From: Octopus vulgaris
Taxonomy: Eukaryota
Length of the DNA: 64,000 bases
NCBI GenBank assembly: GCA_951406725.2
Contig: OX597823.1
Coordinates: 76,570,001-76,634,000 of the forward strand
Reading direction: 5' to 3'
Positions within the stretch are counted from its first letter, which is position 1. Every line of letters begins with the position of its first letter. The position numbers and the translations under genes were made by a program. The notes beneath the pieces were generated by a model. That model was not told the DNA's origin, searched no databases, and saw only the letters and a program-made list of their open reading frames with translations. Shown in pieces: positions 39,175 to 51,660 of the stretch.

Positions 39175-39712
39175 TTCATCATCATCATCATCATCGTCAT
39201 CGTCATCGTCACCGTCACCATCACCATCATCATCATCCTCCTCCTCCTCCTCCTCCTCCTTCTTCTTCTATGTTTGACTTCTGCTTTATATTTGTACAAG
39301 TTGGCTCCAAGTCTCACCCAGAGACCTCAAGAGACAACAGGTTGGAAGTTCATGTTGTTGTTATGCCTAGTGTGCCATATATATATTTTTTTGGGGTGTT
39401 GTACTAGTGAATGCCTAAAAAAAAAAAAAGAACCGAAAATTTTGTTTGTTTTAAACCTTGAGATTACATAGAAAGTACTTTGCGAAGGATATGAGCAGTT
39501 CCCATGAGCACTATCTTTTGAATTTCTGCCATTTTGGGGTTTCCTCGTATCTGAGTTAGGTAACAATCAGCCCCTTTTGCTATCATTCCCAGGGCACCTA
39601 TGACAACAGGTATTGTTTTAGTCTTCAGCTTCCACATTTTGCTGATTTCTATTTTAAGATCTTTATATTTGCTCAGTTTTTGGTAGGTCTTGACAGATAC
39701 GTATATATTGAT
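39175..39712 (-). mobile_element. R4/Dong-type non-LTR element 3' end (restriction-like endonuclease C-terminus + 3' UTR)
   Basis: VSVKTYQKLSKYKDLKIEISKMWKLKTKTIPVVIGALGMIAKGADCYLTQIRGNPKMAEIQKIVLMGTAHILRKVLSM* (stop 39464-39466). An older similar piece lies at ~38860-39080. Confidence 0.8.
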
Positions 39713-39721
39713 TTATTATTA

Positions 39722-39761
<40 letters not shown>

Positions 39762-41619
39762 TCTACTTAACCATTTAACCAATTAACCAGTTATCTGTTA
39801 GGTAGCTGATTGGTTGATTGAATAAACAATTAATCAAACAATAGATTAGTTAATTGATTAAATGGTAAACTAGTTGACTAATGATAATAAAATAAGTGAA
39901 ACAGAATCAGTGTGTGTATATGTATCTATTATTGGCATAATGACCCTGAAGTGACAACAAAATCTGTTTCGACACACAATTTCATGTCAAGAACCTTGCA
40001 AACGAAATACAAATATTTAATGATATTCAATTCTCACTTAACTGTTGATTTATGTGCAGATGACACCAGTAGGCAACCTCAGGGATTTGTTGTTCTTCCT
40101 CAAAAGTTAATTGATAGACTGGCAAATTATTTAACTCAGCCAGCCTCTTATCCATAAAGGAACACATCTTACATTAGTTGTCCCATATGTAAGACAGCTT
40201 TTAAATATTGAAATAATGTTAAATACTGTCTTACTAATAGTATATCTGCTACATGAATTTGTCTCAGAGAGTTTGTCTTATAGATTTTTTCCTCTTTTCT
40301 TAAAACTATGTCTTGATTCTTAGAATGAGAATTGATGGCAGAATCTTCTTTTATTTTCTCATTTTGTTATAATTCGCATTCAGGTATCTTTGGGTTTATT
40401 TCTGTTTTATCATTCTTTTTATTATTTTACTTTGAGAATCGATATTAGATTTTCATAGAAATTTTGCTCTTCCAAACACAAAACTATCAAACAGTAAACT
40501 GTTTCTTTCTTTAACTAAAATTTATATATAAAAAAAAAACCAAGACAAAAACAAACAAAGAAGAATGGCAGAGGAAAAAAAAATCTTTATCAGAATAAGG
40601 CCAGAAAATACTTTATTTGTTTTCATTAGAACAACATGTTTAGATAGTATTGTCTGGCTAAACACAAAGAATATAATGCTTAACAAGTGTGCCATTAATA
40701 TGACCAAAAATAGCAGGATGTGTTAGAAAAATCAATTTCTGAGAAGTAAGTTTAGTAAGAGGGAAAAAGAGTGAAGGACGGAGACTGATATAGACAGAGA
40801 CAGACTGCTTTAGTCCAATTAATGAGAATAATGCTGCCACTAAGAATATGGATTTTTAAGGCAGCATTCAAAAGATAAGATGAACTAAAATGGACGAAAG
40901 TTGTGTTTTTATGTCTGTGTGTTTCTTTCAGTGTTTCAATGAGTTTGTTATTTTATTAATTTTATTTCATTTTTTTTTTAGTATTATTATTTGCTACAGT
41001 GGTGGTGGCAGTGGCAGCAGCAGCAGCGGCGGCGGTGGTGGTGGTGGTGGTGGTGGTAGTGGTGGACAGATAAAGAGGATTTTTTCGGTATCAACTTACA
41101 CAATATGTCTTCTTATGGAATTTTTTGAAAAATTATGGGAAAGAAAATATATATAATAAAAACACACATACAAAATCAAAATATTCATAAAAAAATATAA
41201 CAATTATAGTCTGGAGAAGACAAAAAAAAAATGATATGAATTATGTATAATATTTTCTTTGTGAAGGGTCAGCGAAGATTCCATCAAAGATTAGCAGATG
41301 ACCAAATAATAACCCATTTCCTTATTTAATATTTAAAAAAAATGAGTCACCAGTTTAAGTAAAGCTTCATTACACTTCAATTTGCTACAAACTCTAAGTT
41401 TTTATTTTTCCTAGAGTTCTATTCTTCATGACATTTCTGTCACAATGCCCTCTCGGTTCATTTCTGCGCATATTGCTGTGGTTCTTGGTTTTCCCTTGAT
41501 TGGCTTTGTTTGAACGTATCAACTATCACAGACCTAAATAGGCTGAGCTGATTCTCTTTTCCCTTTTCCTTTTTTTTTTCCTTTTTTGTTTGAGTTATCT
41601 TCAACTACATTATCTGAAG

Positions 41620-42256
41620 GAGCGATTCCCAAAGGGGGCAGTACCACCTCCCTCTGGTGGCGGTGAGAAACTGGGACGATAATGAGGTGACCAAAATGGG
41701 ACAGTGGATATAAAAGAAAAACAAAGAAAATAAGAGCACTCAGAGAGTGCAAACCTTCGCCAAGGCAACACTAATGTCCTCTCAATGATTAGCCAGAGAT
41801 GATTTTTTAAATGAGAATATCTGAAATAAACTCGACTGTTTTCACAAACGATAATACTAAGAATGAATCTGACCGCTGTCAAAACTTAAGTAAAAAAACA
41901 GGAAAAATAATCTAGAATCCTTGTCTGGTACCGGATCGATCCCTAATTCTAATCAGTTTGTGTCAGTCATGCGACCAAACATCCCTGGAAGTTTCATTCG
42001 GATCCATCCTGCAGCTCTTGAGATATCTGTCCACAGACAAACAATCAAACATGACTGAAAACAATAGTTCTGTCTTCGTTAAGGTGGAGCTAATCAATAA
42101 AAGGTTAATTAGGTTGAGTTTCATTTGTGAAATACTTTTGTTTTGAATTTGCTGCCAAAAATGGTCTATGTCTGTGATGGTGGACGGGGGTGGGGCATTA
42201 GAAATGTGGCCCAAGAACTAAGGGAGCAGCAGCCTGAAAAAGTTTGGGAACCACTG
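41620..42256. mobile_element. hAT (Charlie-like) MITE with 8-bp TSD
   Basis: Ends gagcgattcccaaag / agtttgggaaccactg. TSD atctgaag (41612-41619) and atctaaag (42257-42264). Confidence 0.75.
41728..42094 (-). mobile_element. Helentron-associated non-autonomous element (HINE/DINE-1-like) nested in the hAT MITE
   Basis: Terminal hairpin gcactc-aga-gagtgc, subterminal inverted motifs accttcgcc / aggtggag, short (ACAA)n, and A/T-run flanks. Confidence 0.6.
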
Positions 42257-42453
42257 ATCTAAAGCATGCTTCCAGTTTTTTAAACATGATAACAAAAGAT
42301 TCTAAGGAAATTTGGCAACTATTTCAAGTGGGTTAAGCATTTAGAAGTTACAGGATTGATGATGCATGCTGTACCTAGCAGAAAAGGTATTAACCACCCG
42401 TTTGTCAATCCTGAATGACTGATAGTCCAAGCACATCAACTACCAATGGTTAT

Positions 42454-42631
42454 AGGCATAGGAGTGGCTGTGTGGTAAGAAGCTTGCTTCCCAACCACAT
42501 GGTTCCGTGTTCAGTCCCACTGCATGGCACCTTGGGCGAGTGTCTTCTACTATAGCCTCGAGCCGACCAAAGCCTTGTGAGTGGATTTGGTAGACGGAAA
42601 CTGGAAGAAGCTCAACGATGATGATTAAACG

Positions 42632-42671
<40 letters not shown>

Positions 42672-42883
42672 TTTTGTTTCTGTCTTTCCCCCCACCCCAT
42701 CGCTTGAAAACCGATGTTGGTGTGTCTACATCGCTGTAATATAGCAGTTCAGCAAAAGAGACCGATAGAATAAGTACTAGGCTTAAAACGAATAAGTTCT
42801 GGGGGTCGATTTGCTCAACTAAAGGCAGTGCTCCAGCATGGCCACAGTCAAATTAATGAATCAAGTAAAAGAGTAAAAGAGTA
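42454..42883 (+). mobile_element. SINE family A, full length
   Basis: Complete from head to (AAAGAGT)n tail. Confidence 0.85.
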
Positions 42884-43128
42884 ACAGTTGTCAACGTAGA
42901 ACTGGCAAAACTCTCTCTGACTTGCTCTCTTTTAGTATGGGAAGCTTGAAGTGTAGGTCTTGTGTGCCATAAAAAGGTATGAGGTGCATTCCTTTGATTA
43001 GATAGTGGTCATACAATGTAATTGGTATCAGATGAGTATATATAAGATTTAATCCTTTTGATAACAACCTGACTGAGATTGGTGCCTTGATAAAAACTTC
43101 CTATTTTAAAGGAATTTAAATTAAATCC

Positions 43129-43520
43129 TCTCTTTTACTTGTTTCAGTCATTTGACTGTGGCCATTCTGGAGCACCACCTTTAGTCGAGCAAATCGACCC
43201 CAGGACTTATTCTTTGTAAGCCTAGTACTTATTCTATCAGTCTCTTTTGCTAAACCACTAAGTCAAGTGATTTTGGGGGGACAAACACAGACACACAAAC
43301 ATATATACACACAAGCACGCACGCACACACACACACACACACATATATAGATATACGATGGGCTTCTTCCGGTTTCTGTCTACCAAATCTATTCACAAGG
43401 CTTTGGTCGGGCTGAGGCTATATTAGAAGACACTTTCCCAAGGTGCCACGCAGTGGAACTGAACCCACGACCATGTGGTTGGTAAGCAAGTTACTTACCG
43501 CACAGCCACTCCTGCACCTA
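43129..43520 (-). mobile_element. SINE family A flanked by ~100-bp direct repeats
   Basis: 43033-43132 matches 43521-43624. Confidence 0.85.
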
Positions 43521-44361
43521 TGAGCATATAAGATTTAATCCTTTTGATAACAACCTGACTGAGACCACCATTGGTACTTTGATAAAAACTTCCTATTTTA
43601 AAGGGATTTAAATAAAAACCTCTCATCACACTTTCATGTTAATTTATGTTCCAAACACAAATTTTATAATTATATCTACTTCACTAAAATTTACATTATG
43701 TTCAAAACTAAGTAAAATAAAGGCAGTATATTTTAATAGGAATGTGGTCACAAAAGGATGGGCAATAAGGTGAGCCAAAATGTATAATGAATCATTTTAT
43801 TTGCCAAAGATATGGCAAGATGAGATTATGAATTTGTGCAAAAATTTCTGATTGGTAAATGATTTACCTTCTGTACCATTACTGTTGATGTGATTGGAAA
43901 ATATGAACTAAGAGGAAACCTGCATGTTTATGTCACTGAGGATAATAAATTCAAAAGTTTAATTCTGATGTTATAACTGTTTTGGGATTAGACTTCTAAT
44001 CTAGATTTGAATATTTCATTTTTGTATTTGGTTTGCAAGATTCTTTATGCGAGTTTGCGTGTTGAAGCATATTCTGTTGTGTCTGGGGAGAGTCCTTTTC
44101 TTTTTGTGCCTTATAATTTAACACACTCACAGGTAAAATTTCCACTTATTTCTTATTATTTTCCTAAAATTTCTGTTACGTTTTACAACATTTTCAATAG
44201 TCTTGGAGATTGCATAAATCTTTGGGTTGACCAAATTAGTTGTGAAATAAAATATTTATTTTCTACTATTACTATTAATATGTTTTCTCATTATGTGATA
44301 TTAAAATCCCTTACCTGTATTATATTTTGTCTTATTTATTAATCTGTAGGATTATGGGATG

Positions 44362-44562
44362 TGGAGGCGCACGGCTTAGTGGTTAGGGTGTCAGCATCAT
44401 GATCGTAAGATTGTGGTTTTGATTCCTGAACTGGGCGATGCATTGTGTTCTTGAGCAAAACACTTCACTTTGCTCCAGTCCACTCAGCTGGCAAAAATGA
44501 GTAACACTGCGATGAACTGGTGTCCTGTCCAGCTGTGGAACCCATACTCCATTGAAACCGGG
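44362..44562 (+). mobile_element. SINE family C
   Basis: Head ggaggcgcacggcttagtggttagg. Related copies at 30750-30980 (-), 52865-53173 (-) and 53562-53872 (+). Confidence 0.75.
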
Positions 44563-45695
44563 AAACCAGGCCCAAGAGCCTGGCTAGGTTTTAAAAGGGC
44601 ACATTTAGTTATATTTTAGATTTATGGGATGCAAGTGCCAGTAACTGTCTTGGGCTTCATTAATGAAGGGGTTATGTACACCTGGAGACACGAATCCAAT
44701 TCGTTTTGTAGAGGCTAAATTATTGTAATTTAATAACTGAAGAAAAATAAATGAAACAGGAAGAGACATTTTGAAGAGTTGAATTGTGAGAAGTAATTTT
44801 GAACAATTTGTTCAGCACAGGATGTTGAATATGTGATGTAGGATGGGTAGGAAGTATACTGAATGAATTTATGTATAAGAAGAACAGAGTCTGCAGAACA
44901 ATTTTAGGACTATTTTCTTCTGTGCTGTCCAGAATATTTGAATACTATGTATTGAGTACACTTTAAAATTTAACTATTTATTTATTAATCATTTTAAGCT
45001 TTGTTTGTTTAGCTTGTTTACAAAAACAATTTTACTTCTCAAATTTACAGTTAATTTTCACTTTACTCTGTTAACATGTAGTGAGAGTGGCTTCAAATAT
45101 TCTTGTTGAAGTCTCTTGTGACTATAATTTCTGTTATTTTGATTTGCTGCAGATCTGCTTTATTTATGAAGCACTTAGATAAAATGTAAAGGAAAACAAA
45201 CTTTTAAGATTAAAACTCATTAATTATACATTCAAGGTATTTGAATAAACAATGTTGGGAAAATATTATACATCAGTTCTTGACTTGTTTTCTTGAAATA
45301 ATTGCCGTAGCATTGTACTATTGTCACACACAGATACTTCCATAAACATATATACACTTACAGACATACTAACAATGCACACTTATTTAATTTATTTTTT
45401 GAAATTTTCTGTCATACTTTCTGTGAACAAAAGCAATGGAGGGTATAAGTTTCTAACACACCAATCACTGGTTCACTGCATTTTCAGTGGTAAGAGAGAG
45501 ATAGAGTGAGTGAGAGAGGGAGATAGAAAGTGTCTGTGGAACTTGTGAGAAATAAATACGACAAAGTATTTTTGTTTAAACATTTAAATTTATTGGGTTC
45601 CTTAGCATTTGAATGTCTTTTGATTATATATATATTGGCAAAAGATATACCCATACATATACGCACTCACAACGACATATATATATATATACATC

Positions 45696-45772
<77 letters not shown>

Positions 45773-45776
<4 letters not shown>

Positions 45777-46148
45777 TGGTTGTGTGGTAAGTAGCTTGCT
45801 TGCCAACCACATAGTTCTGGGTTCAGTCCCACTGCATGGCACTTTGGGCAAGTGTCTTCTGCTATAGCCTCAGGCTGATCAAAGCCTTGTGAGTGGATTT
45901 GCTAGACAGAAACTGAGAGAAGCTTGTCATATATATATATGTGTATATATATATGTTTGTGTGTGTTTGTTCCCCCACCATTGCTTGACAACCGATGTTG
46001 GTGTGTCTATATCCCTGCAACATAGCAGTTCAGCAAAAGAGACTGATAGAATAAGTGCTTAGCTTAGTACTGGGGTTGACTTGTCCAACTAAAGGTGGTG
46101 CTCCAGCATGGCTGCAGTCAAATGACTGAAGCAAATAAAAGATAAAAA
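45773..46148 (+). mobile_element. SINE family A
   Basis: Family consensus. Confidence 0.8.
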
Positions 46149-46160
46149 AGGGTATATGTA

Positions 46161-46206
<46 letters not shown>

Positions 46207-46595
46207 ATGATTAGTTATAGGATTCAATTGAGTCCTGGCACATCACGTAGGATGACATAAATTGCTGGGTACAATAACATAGGGTTCACTATATGGTAAA
46301 ACGACCATGAAAGTATCAGCTGTTAGTAGGATATTGTAGATATGTAAATACCAAATCTAATTTAAACCATAGATTTAATGCAGGGCTGGTTTTAGGTGTG
46401 AAGGGGTTATAAAGAAGAACAGAAATGGGGTTTGAAATGCACAACATCTGTTTTGGTAGAATTTATTCATAGATTACATCCTAACATATAATCCACCATC
46501 TTCAGGTAAAATTTTAAACAAGTATCAAACATGTGGAATAAAACACTGAGTATTACGTATCCAACTAACATTGTTGGACATATATGCATATATAC

Positions 46596-46635
<40 letters not shown>

Positions 46636-46843
46636 AATGTGACCACGTGTGTACTGTTGGCAATTTTTTTCCCTCCGTCTTCCCTTCTCTGGATCTTTCC
46701 TTTTTCTATGTTTCTGACGAAGAGCTCCGCTCGAAATGTAAAACCCTCCTTCTTCCCTTCCTTCCTGAGCGTCCAATAATACTATATTTGTTCCATGTCC
46801 TCGTATTGTTCTGTTTTCTCTTTGTGTTTTCATGTTTGGATTA

Positions 46844-46848
<5 letters not shown>
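46636..46848 (+). mobile_element. Short hammerhead-bearing repeat in (TA)n (PLE pLTR-like)
   Basis: gttt-CTGACGA-a-gagc-tcc-gctc-GAAA-TG-TA-aaac at 46710-46744. Paralogue at 4372-4570. Confidence 0.75.
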
Positions 46849-46889
<41 letters not shown>

Positions 46890-47114
46890 TATATATCAAT
46901 AATAATAGAGATTTTTTCTTATTAGGAACAAATAGGTTAATAGGACTGCAAGAGAAGTGCTCAAGTAATTGAGACGAGTATAACAAACTTTGGTTGTAGA
47001 ACAAGCAACAAATTTAAGGTCATCCACTTAACATATCACATCTCGAACATTTAATCATATGTAAAGAAACATAATGCTTTTTCTTATACATAGAATACAG
47101 ATGCATAAAATCAG

Positions 47115-47188
47115 AGAATTTTGCTTTAGCTGTATGTATTGGTTTGTCTTACAAGACAAACCAATCCATACAGCTAAAGCAAAATTCT
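47115..47188. repeat. Near-perfect palindrome, 36-bp arms, 2-nt spacer
   Basis: agaattttgctttagctgtatg-t-attggtttgtctt / ac / aagacaaaccaat-c-catacagctaaagcaaaattct. Confidence 0.95.
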
Positions 47189-47215
47189 TTTTCAGGAACC
47201 CTTAAAATACTATTA

Positions 47216-47429
47216 TTCTTTTTACACTTCTATTTGTTTCAGTCATTTGGTTGTTGCCATGCTGGAGCACCGCCTTTAGTCGAGCAAATCGACCCCAGGA
47301 CTCATTCTTTGTAAGCCAAACAATTATTCTATTGGTCTCTTTTGCCGAACCACTAAGTTATGGGGACGTAAACACACCAGCATCGGTTGTCAAGTAATGC
47401 TAGGGGGACAAACACAGACACACAAACAT

Positions 47430-47462
<33 letters not shown>

Positions 47463-47463
47463 T

Positions 47464-47504
<41 letters not shown>

Positions 47505-47691
47505 CATATATATACACATATATATACATATATACGACGGGCTTCTTTCAGTTTCCGTCTACCAAATCCACTCACAAGGCTTTGGTCAGCCTGAGGCTAT
47601 AGTAGAAGACACTTGCCCAAGGTGCCATGCAGTGGGACTGAACCCAGAACCATGTGGTTGGTAAGCAAGCTACTTACCACACAGCTACTCC
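47216..47691 (-). mobile_element. SINE family A
   Basis: Family consensus. Confidence 0.85.
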
Positions 47692-49599
47692 AATATGTGG
47701 ACCCCACCCCAAAAAAAAAAAATTTATATGGACCCTGGGTGAGAAACACTGAGCTATATGAAGAGGTCATGAAAGAAGAAAGGAGTTCAAACTTGTTTCA
47801 AGTGTTATTTGTTTGTATCTTGTGATGATACATGTTATACTTAAGTATTATATTTTATAATACTTAAGCATTGTTTACATATAATAATATAATACTTGAG
47901 TATTATAGACATATAATACGTATAGTACTTAGGTCTTATATAAATGTATTATGAAAAGGAGAGAAAGAAAAAGTGGTTGGCAAAGAGAGAAAGAGAGAAG
48001 ATAAGGAGAGCAACACCACCTGGTCCTTGGTTTGCTTTAATTAATGTTTACATTCTTGTAAACACTTGGATCAGGTGTCAGATAACTTCATATTTTCATA
48101 TGCTGCTTCTGACTACAGCAATTCTTATGTCAATACTCAGTCCTTCTTTTCTTCCACCATTTGTAGAGGTCATTCAAAGATCATGGAGCTCCTGCTTCAG
48201 CTCTGAATTCTCCTTGTTTTGACTGAGACCTAAGTAAATAAAAATATGAATAAATATATAAATAAATAAATAAATAAAAGAGAGATAAAGAGGAAAATAG
48301 AGTTTGAAATAGAGTTAGTATATTTTCCATTCTAACATTGCTACCTGTAGTAGACAATAGGAAAATATTGTGTATTCCTGAATATTCTTGATCTTGGTTT
48401 CAATTGAAATGATCATAATAGGTGCAGGTATGCCTATTTGGTAAAGAAATTTGCTCCTAACCAAGTGATTTCTGATTCAATCCCAGTGTATGCCACCTTT
48501 ACCATTTGTTTTTTTTTTCCTCCATCTACTCCTGCTCCTCACAAGACAATGGATTGGCACAGATTGCTGTAACTACAAAGAAAGGGCTTGAGGTGTCTGA
48601 TTGTAGCTTCTTAGACTAGGCATAAAGTGACCTTTTTGGTCATTTCCAATACTGCAACCTGTAGTGTGCTAGAAAGAAAGACCTGCTGTTTTCCATCCCT
48701 TCAATACATCTTTAGGGCAAAAAGCTCTCAAGCAGCTCTTGCTATCATAGTTGTAACAACTGAGATATTTGCTACACACCATCAGTATCATGCCCTTTTT
48801 TTCTACTCCCTCAACAGGCCACAATTCTAGTATGGCTCCGAGGTATACAAAGGTCATTAGGGTTTGTAGGTTAATTTTACCCTTTCCATCTAACCACATA
48901 TCTATACTAACTACTATCACCAGAGGTGACAGGAGACAATGTTATGGCTGGTGCCACTGCCCACTCTCTTTGACCCAAGTATTGGAATATATAAATGTTA
49001 AGGTAGAATATGCCTCACAATTTCAGGTTACGTCCTTGTGAGACACTCTTCCCTAAATTAAGCAGACATTTCAATTTTTTCTGTTACATTGGATGGTCAG
49101 TATTTCTCTCCATATGTTGGGCAGGCCATCACCAGCTCCTATGTTGAAAGGAAATGAACCTCCATTAACATTTTCTTATGAAGCACAAATATGTAATTTT
49201 ATTCTTCGCTAATTCTTAGATTACTGCTTATATCAGTCTATGTAGTTTCACCTGGTGAGGAGAGACAGTATGAACTGACATAATTTTGCCAAACAAACAC
49301 TTTTTCTTGTAATTTGATTATATCAAGTCTTTGTTTCACTAATAACAAACAGAAAACTTCCACTCCCAAACGTATTTTTTCTTGCATGGCACTATATGCT
49401 TACATATGCAAATGTCATTACTACTGTCACACAAATAGCTCACACATTGTTCGTTCTAGTGTTGATTTTAATGAAATCTGTATAAATTTTCTTCTTTTGC
49501 AGCATGTGTTTCATGCAGAATAATATTTTCTTGATCTTTCTTTTTCTTTTGTATGTTCTGTATTTGGTCATGTTGGCTTTAAATATTTTACTTTTGTAG

Positions 49600-51437
49600 A
49601 GTATAGCTAAGAATTTTCCAAACCATTCCTTTCTATATGTAGACAGAATTTAAAAAAAATATAGCTTATCTTAAAAGTACAACTTATTTTTGTTTAATCC
49701 CTGTATAATAAGAGTTTTCTAACTCTCCAAAACTTTGTGTGCAAATATGATAAAAATAAAAAAGTCATTTTATTCCATACAGTCGTACAATGCGGAATAT
49801 TTTGGTTTGAGTATCAGCTTGTTAGGATGTCTCACCCATCAGCTCAAATATAAAAATGAAATTATGGTATTATAGTGCCAAATAAAAAGAGTCAAATTAA
49901 TTAAAATTGAGAATATTCAACAAGATGGGGATACTGAATTCAGAGAATAAAACCAAAACCACTCCTAGAATTACCTAGGATTCCTATGTATGAATATGAT
50001 AAGATATAATACAGAGAAACGAAAATGTACATTAGGAAAGAATATTTTAGAAGTGTCAGGGAAATATTATAGAACTAAGATATTAAGTATAAATATACTA
50101 GCCACTTCAGTGTTAAATCACAGCCCCAATATAATAAAGTAGAAATTGTGTGAACTGAAAAGCTTAGATGGGAAAACCAGAGAGCTCCTAATAATATACT
50201 GAAGCCTTTTTCTAAAATTGAAGAAACAGAATATATCTACCTTGTATACAAGGAAAGTAAGTCATGATGTAGACAGAGAACAAGTGCAAAATATCAATTG
50301 CAGGACTAGAAAAAACTTAGAAGCAAGCAAAGTTATGTTAACAAATATGAGGAAACATGTAGGAAGAACTAACAACTTTTTTCTGAATATATTCTTTTAT
50401 TCTTTTTCTTGTTTCAGTCATTTTGACTGCAGCCATAGCAAAATATGAACAGGAAACTGATTTCACTGAAGTAACAGGATAAAACAAATAGAAATTTTAG
50501 AAAGACAAAAGATAAAATCAAAATGTATTTCTATAGCAAACTGAAGAAAAAGTGAAGAGAAAAACAACTCCATGGCCAATATCTCATATTGCCAAACAGA
50601 GAGAAAGTTAGTCAATGATGGGCTGAAAATCTCTGAACTAAAATTAGAAACAGAAGGTCAGACTTAATCATATAAGGTCAATGCCTAGTCACAAACAGCT
50701 ACAGAAATTAAATAACAGAAGACTCTAACTCCAAACTGTAACTGTGAAACCAGTACAATAAGACACTGTTGGCCATATCATCTCTATTTGCCCAGTCCTT
50801 GCCAAGTCGAAATACATAGACAAACAGAATCGAATCCGTAGCTGTCTGTTGGGCAGCATTCCAACACTTCAGTATAAAAATGGATAAGAAATGGTATAAA
50901 TGTGAAGCAAGACAATACATGATAATGACCTAGCTACAATTATCTTGAACATGCCTGTCCAGAATGACAAGAAGATCAAGACAAATCATCTTAATATAAT
51001 AATCAAGGACTGGAAATAAAATATATTCTCAATGATGGACAGCATGATCTTCCCTTGACCAAATCATTACATGAGAGGAAGTGAAGATACTATCCATTAT
51101 ACTAATGCAAGAATATTGAAATTGAAACTTTGAAAAATTGAAAGCTTGACTGGCTTCCGTGCCGGTGGCATGTAAAAAGCACCATCCGAATGTGGCTGAT
51201 GCCAGCGCCACCTTGACTGGCTTCCATGCCGGTAGCATGTAAAAAGCACCAATCCAATCATGGCCGTTGCCAGCCTTGCCTGGCACATAAAAAGCACCCA
51301 CTACACTCACGGAGTGGTTGGCGTTAGGAAGGGCATCCAGCTGTAGACACACTGCCAGATCAGACTGGAGCCTGGTGCAGCCTTCTGGCTTCCCAGATCC
51401 CGGTCGAACCGTCCAACCCATGGAGAACAGATGTTAA

Positions 51438-51478
<41 letters not shown>

Positions 51479-51660
51479 ACAAACAGGATATGAGACGTGA
51501 AAGTAAAAACACTACGAGTGAACACTAAAGCACTAAGTATGATGTGCAAAATATAAGCAAAACCATACAAGTCATACCTAGGCTCACAATATTAAACACA
51601 GTTTTAAAAGTAGCTATACTAGGTACAGCATACATTTTGATTAGACATTTTAAATTCAGA
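49600..51660 (+). mobile_element. Highly decayed R4/Dong-type LINE, interrupted by an RTE-type tail repeat (51148-51477)
   Basis: Fragments KQLHGQY, ELKLETEG, QCLVTNSY, KKWYK, NMPVQNDKKIKTNHLNIIIKD, and terminal VIPRLTILNTVLKVAILGTAYILIRH paralleling the 39464 copy. Confidence 0.6.

Noticed and set aside
40060-40157. Plus-strand candidate terminal exon DTSRQPQGFVVLPQKLIDRLANYLTQPASYP*
   Set aside because: Only a moderate acceptor and no partner exon found; compatible with chance.
40230-40470. K/N/E-rich minus-strand reading frame ending at a gtaaga donor
   Set aside because: Contains an in-frame stop and has no good acceptor; explained by A-rich composition.
51148-51300. Regularly spaced ~18-bp repeats (ggcatgtaaaaagcacc) with different spacers, superficially CRISPR-like
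   Set aside because: Internal subrepeats of a common retroelement tail in a eukaryotic context; the spacers are related to each other and there are no cas genes.
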